Shown here piece by piece: positions 62,177-64,000 of a DNA stretch of 64,000 nucleotides (position 1 is the stretch's first letter; each line of letters starts with the position of its first letter). The position numbers and the translations under genes are program-made. The notes beneath the pieces were generated by a model, which was not told where the DNA came from, did not search any database, and was given only the letters and a program-made list of their open reading frames with translations. Source of the stretch: Phyllosticta citribraziliensis (lineage: Eukaryota); contig NW_027117346.1 in NCBI RefSeq assembly GCF_038025025.1, forward strand, positions 372,001 through 436,000, in the 5' to 3' direction.

Positions 62177-62584
62177 CTATTCGAATCATTTATGGACATG
62201 TTCTTGGAGACGATGGGCGGCCGCGAGGTTGGGCTGGTGGGAAAGTGGAGATTCGGCATTTTTCCGTCCAACGGACATTTTCGGTTCCTGTCCATAGAGG
62301 CGTTAGAATGCACCTTTGTCGATATTCGTTCCTTTGAATCCAAGTGCTCAGCTCGAAGACATGCCAAAAAGGCATTTGAGGCTGAATCCGATCCGCCCTG
62401 GCACTTAGTGAGCCGGAAAAGTTTCGGCTAAATTACAGGGCACGTCTCGTCTGCGCGCGCCATCGCGACGGGAACCATTACTCGTCAACCGCGCAGCTGT
62501 ACAAGCTTCAAATTTGACATCTTTGCCATTCTTCTTCATCCACCAGCCCGTTCCGACCTTTGCTTCCGCCGTCCAGCAATTCAA

Positions 62585-63878
62585 ATGTCTTCTGGCTCGC
62601 CATCGGGCAATCGAAGCCCAGGGCGGGGCCGGTCCCGCACCCGTTCGGCATCGCCAGCCCATTCACGCTCGCCGCGCCGCTCCGTGTCACCTCGCTCAGT
62701 GTCGCGTTCTCGTTCAAGGACTCCGAGTCGCTCCCCTACACCGCGCAGCGACCGCCACAGCAGGCGCAATGGTCGGGGCAGGAGCTTCAGCAGGACTCCT
62801 TCAAGAAGCGTCACACCGGACCGCAGCTCGAGGCGCAACAGGAGACGAAGCTACAGTCGCAGTGTCAGTCGTGGGAGTGCAACACCACCGAGGAGCTCAA
62901 AGGTAAGTCGCAATTCTCGCGCGATGGCTTATGTGGGTCATGGAGGTGCTGGTCGAATTCTAACGCGGCGCAGATTGTGGTCGAGAAACTCACCAAGAAC
63001 GTCAACGAAGAGCACTTGCGCGAGATATTCAGCAAGTATGGGCACATTCAAGACTTGGACATGCCCATCAACCGCTCATGTATGACAACCTCCATCTTTT
63101 GAAAGCCTATACTGACTTCTGGGTAGTCATGACCAATCGGGGCACAGCCTACATCATGTTTGACACCACAGAGTCGGCCGAATCTGCCATTGCCCACATG
63201 CACGAAGCCCAACTCGATGGCGCCTTGATCAACGTCTCGATCGTCTTGCCTAGACGTCGCTTTTCACGCTCGCCTCCGCCCTCGCGCCGACCGCCTCCTC
63301 CCCCAATGTTCAACGACCGGCCGCAAGACCGCTACAATGACCGTTTCAACGACCACCCGCGCAACTACGGTCCTCCGCCTCATCGCGGTGGCTGGCGCGG
63401 AGGCCCACCGCCCCCTTCATATCCATCCAACTCACGCTTTCGCTCCCCACCGCCCTATCGCCGAGCGCGCTCCCCATTGCCCCCACCATCGCGGGGCTAC
63501 GGCGGCCCATCAGGTCCGCGCGGCAGAGGAGGCGGCGTTGGTGGTCCTCATGGCGAGTACAGCTACCGTCCACGCTCGTACTCGCGTTCGCGGTCTCGTA
63601 CGCGCTCGCCGCGCCGCAGCCGCAGTCGCACCCGGAGCTATTCGTCGCGTTCGCCTTCGCGCACACCGCCCACGTCGGCTAGGAGAGGCCGCGGTGGTGG
63701 TGTTGGTGGTGGTGGCGGAGGCAGCTTTAGGGGAAGCCCCGGTCCTGGCTATCCGCCACCTTCGAGGGGCAGCGGCGGCGGTGGAAGTGCGAGGAGGCGT
63801 CGTAGCCCGAGTTACAGCAGCTACAGCAGCTACAGCAGGAGCAGGAGCAGGAGCCCGAGAGGACGAGGGAGAAGGTAG
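62585..63878 (+). CDS. RNPS1-like SR-rich RRM protein (exon junction/ASAP complex)
   Basis: Exons 62585-62902, 62974-63079, 63127-63878. RS-rich N-terminus, RRM IVVEKLTKNVNEEHLREIF...NRGTAYI...AIAHMHEAQLDG, RS/P/G-rich C-terminus. Confidence 0.9.
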
Positions 63879-64000
63879 ATAAATCATGGAGGGGACTGGC
63901 GAAGATCACTTACGAGGTGACCCACGGCGGCATGCGCAGCCTTTGAGCAAATCGACGCGCAAGAGGCTGCGAGTGAGCGAAGAAGCAGCCTTCGCTGGCA

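Overview
Filamentous ascomycete genomic DNA in two sharply separated compartments. Bases 1 to about 39,790 are very AT-rich and almost devoid of CpA, TpG and CpG, the signature of repeat-induced point mutation (RIP). They form a nest of five Ty3/Gypsy LTR retrotransposons that can be reconstructed from LTR pairs and 5-bp target-site duplications (TSDs). Element D hosts a minus-strand copy of family A, which itself hosts a full-length plus-strand A copy. D also hosts element B, which hosts element C. From about 39,790 to the end is GC-balanced, gene-dense sequence: a short-chain dehydrogenase, a non-coding host transcript with three intronic box C/D snoRNAs, NC2-beta, Did2/CHMP1, a non-RIPped Helitron-like relic, a Gfo/Idh/MocA oxidoreductase, a small two-exon acidic protein, a CFEM/proline-rich GPI adhesin, a Psk1/Ypk3-like AGC kinase and an RNPS1-like RRM protein. 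The most notable observations are these. (i) Elements B and C both carry a homologous, intron-containing antisense gene with a six-cysteine DUF3716-like motif between the chromodomain and the 3' LTR, and both have an FxDD RT motif. (ii) The terminal repeat of element D is a 391-bp palindrome. (iii) Family A has a ~2.7-kb extra sense ORF and no obvious polypurine tract (PPT). (iv) The snoRNA host gene is invisible to the ORF track. All protein readings in the RIP region are manual de-RIP inferences, and rRNA complementarities are from recalled conserved sequences, not database searches.
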